Shown here: positions 61,891 through 64,000 of the stretch, one piece after another
Layout of the letters: every line of letters begins with the position of its first letter
Numbering within the stretch: position 1 is the stretch's first letter
Sequence record: OQ790161.1
Direction: 5' to 3' (one strand)
DNA length: 64,000 nucleotides
The notes under the pieces: generated by a model
Database searches by the model: none
The model's input: the letters and a program-made list of their open reading frames with translations, nothing else
Told to the model about the DNA's origin: nothing
Program-made: the position numbers and the translations under genes

Positions 61891-62229
61891 ATGTTCAGTA
61901 TGGAAATGGGTTCGGTCCACAGCAAGGGCAACGTGCGTGGCCACATCTTCAGTTGCCGTCCCGATGACACCGGTCGTGACGGGACGGTCACCCTGGCGTA
62001 CTACCACACCTACCAAGATGGCTCGCAGATCACCGGCACTGCACTGCACACCTTCGAAGTGGGCTTTCGTGTCACCAACCTGTACGACTATCAGGCCGAG
62101 CTGAAGATGGACTTGCAAGACATCCGAGTCTTCCTCAATGGTCTGGTGCGACGGCACTTCGAGATCCAGATGCTGTTGGGTACCAGTCATCGGGGGTTTG
62201 TCATCCGCGACCTCGAGTGGCGTCTGTAA
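61891..62229 (+). CDS. Hypothetical protein
   Basis: AAGGA RBS. Confidence 0.75.
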   Translation: MFSMEMGSVHSKGNVRGHIFSCRPDDTGRDGTVTLAYYHTYQDGSQITGTALHTFEVGFRVTNLYDYQAELKMDLQDIRVFLNGLVRRHFEIQMLLGTSHRGFVIRDLEWRL

Positions 62230-62293
62230 GGGTAAGGTGAAAACTTACGGGCGGGCGGGATAGTACGTACCCCGTTATGCCCTTGGAATGAAC

Positions 62294-64000
62294 ATGTCCC
62301 TGAAGATTGAACCGCGTATCGTACCGACGTACAACGATGCGGATTGGCCCGCTTCGATTCCGCCTGTGATCAGGCGGATTTATGCTGCACGCGGCTCGGT
62401 TCGTCCGGAAACCGTGGAGCACACTCTCAAGAAGATGCTCCACTGGAAAGAACTCGGGGGCATCATTCCCGCTGCCAAGCTGATCGCTCAAGCCATCCGT
62501 GAACAGTGGTGGATCACCATTGCAGGCGACTTTGACTGCGACGGAGCCACCGGCACCTCGGTGGCCTATCGCGGGTTGAAGATGATGGGCGCACAGAACG
62601 TCAAGTACATCGTCCCCAATCGCTTCAAGCACGGCTACGGCCTGTCGCCGGGGTTGGTGGATGACATGGACGCACGGACCCAGTTGATCATCACGGTCGA
62701 CTCGGGTGTGTCCAACGTTGATGGGGTAGCCCGTGCCAAAGAGCTCGGCCGTAAGGTCGTGATCACCGACCACCATCTACCCGGTGACGTTCTGCCGGAT
62801 GCTGATGCCATCGTCAATCCCAACCTGCGTGGCGATCCGTTCCCCTCCAAGGCCTTGGCCGGTGTGGGGGTGATGTTCTACGTGCTGCTGGCTACCCGCC
62901 ATGTCATGCGCATGGACGATGATCCGCAGCGTGGGGAGCCGGATCTGGTGGACCTGTTGGATCTGGTGGCACTGGGGACGATTGCCGATCTGGTACCGCT
63001 GGATCAGAACAACCGCATCCTCGTGGCCGCTGGCCTGCGTCGTATCCGGGCCGGTAAGATCAGTCCGGGTCTGAAGGGGTTGATCGAGCGGGCCGGCAAG
63101 AACATCGCCGAGCTGACCGCCACCGACTTTGCCTTTGCCGTGGGTCCGCGTTTGAATGCGGCCGGCCGGATGGATGACATGTCCATTGGCATCACCGCAC
63201 TGGTCAGTACCGATCCGGATCAGATCATCTACTACACCGACATGCTGGAGGACATCAACAACTCCCGTAAAGAACGTCAGCAGGAAATGATCGGTGAGGC
63301 CGAGCAGTTGCTGGCTGTCTCCGGTGACTCCACGGCCAAGGGCGTGGTGGTCTACGATCCCAGCTGGCATTCGGGCATCGTGGGCTTGGTTTCCTCCAAG
63401 CTGAAAGAGTCGCTGTATCGTCCGGTGATTGCACTGGCGCCGGCAGAAGCAGGCAGCACGGAACTGCGTGGTTCGTGCCGTTCGATCCCCGGCTTCCATC
63501 TGCGCGATGCACTGGCGCTGGTGGATGCACGTAATCCCGGCTTGATGAAGAAGTTCGGTGGTCATGCCATGGCCGCTGGCTTGAGCATGCACATCGATGG
63601 CGTGGAGCAGTTCTCCAAGGCCTTTGCTGAAGTGGCCGAAGAGATGCTCACCGATGACTTGCTCAATGCGGTGATCCACACCGACGGGGAGTTGCCGGAA
63701 GGGTGCTTCAATGCCGACTTTGTGGACATGCTCGACAGCTACGGTCCGTGGGGCCAAGGCTTCCCGCAGCCGATCTTTGAGAACGTCTTTGACATCGACG
63801 GTCAGTACTGCCGCGTTCTCAACAACAAAGCCACCCAACAGCCTGCTCACTTGAAGCTTGCCTTGATCGATCCGCGCGATGGTAGTTACGTGGAGGGCAT
63901 CCAGTTCAACTCGGAGTTCCTCGAGAACATCCCCCACAAAGCCAAGATCGTTTTTGAAATGAGCATCAACAGCTTCCGCGGTGAACGCAAACCGCAGTTG
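62294..64000 (+). CDS. recJ: Single-stranded DNA exonuclease RecJ (runs off window; absent from ORF track)
   Basis: GDFDCDG, PNRFKHGYGL, ITVDSG, TDHH, AGVGV, GTIADLV, GPRLNAAGR, RGSCRS, FGGHAMAAG, PWGQGFP. Confidence 0.96.
   Translation, partial: MSLKIEPRIVPTYNDADWPASIPPVIRRIYAARGSVRPETVEHTLKKMLHWKELGGIIPAAKLIAQAIREQWWITIAGDFDCDGATGTSVAYRGLKMMGAQNVKYIVPNRFKHGYGLSPGLVDDMDARTQLIITVDSGVSNVDGVARAKELGRKVVITDHHLPGDVLPDADAIVNPNLRGDPFPSKALAGVGVMFYVLLATRHVMRMDDDPQRGEPDLVDLLDLVALGTIADLVPLDQNNRILVAAGLRRIRAGKISPGLKGLIERAGKNIAELTATDFAFAVGPRLNAAGRMDDMSIGITALVSTDPDQIIYYTDMLEDINNSRKERQQEMIGEAEQLLAVSGDSTAKGVVVYDPSWHSGIVGLVSSKLKESLYRPVIALAPAEAGSTELRGSCRSIPGFHLRDALALVDARNPGLMKKFGGHAMAAGLSMHIDGVEQFSKAFAEVAEEMLTDDLLNAVIHTDGELPEGCFNADFVDMLDSYGPWGQGFPQPIFENVFDIDGQYCRVLNNKATQQPAHLKLALIDPRDGSYVEGIQFNSEFLENIPHKAKIVFEMSINSFRGERKPQL

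Noticed and set aside
1-64000. CRISPR array, transposase, integrase or reverse transcriptase
   Set aside because: No regularly spaced direct repeats or matching protein motifs seen; the repeated hairpins are dispersed, not arrayed

Overview
This is a 64 kb segment of a large lytic dsDNA (jumbo) bacteriophage with high GC and a probably proteobacterial host. It is most likely phiKZ-related. That placement is inferred from a paralogous virion-protein family, an S-x-E head-protein processing motif and TATG boxes; no chimallin, PhuZ or RNAP gene lies in the window. Recognisable genes are thyA (partial), creA, a CYTH enzyme, an NAD salvage pair (NadM-Nudix + NadV), a DEDDh exonuclease, an SF2 helicase, an embedded Rz/Rz1 spanin pair, sspB, MazG-like pyrophosphatases, dcd, a histidine phosphatase, a SpoT-type HD hydrolase, NAD-dependent ligA, an Ntn/HslV-like protein and recJ (partial). 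About 14 intact tRNAs are present. The most striking unexplained signal is non-coding. From about 4.7 to 14.9 kb the tRNA genes are interleaved with more than 10 highly structured non-tRNA elements. These include three 140-160 nt RNAs closed by perfect 12-14 bp stems, and two tRNA scaffolds whose anticodon loop is replaced by a ~70-nt two-hairpin insert. A separate ~700-nt multi-domain structured RNA candidate lies at 36.5-37.2 kb, two genes upstream of sspB. Two recurrent regulatory motifs (a TTCARA-NN-YATAMY promoter-like box and hairpin+TATG modules) punctuate the region. All structures and homologies were assigned by eye; no database search or folding program was run.
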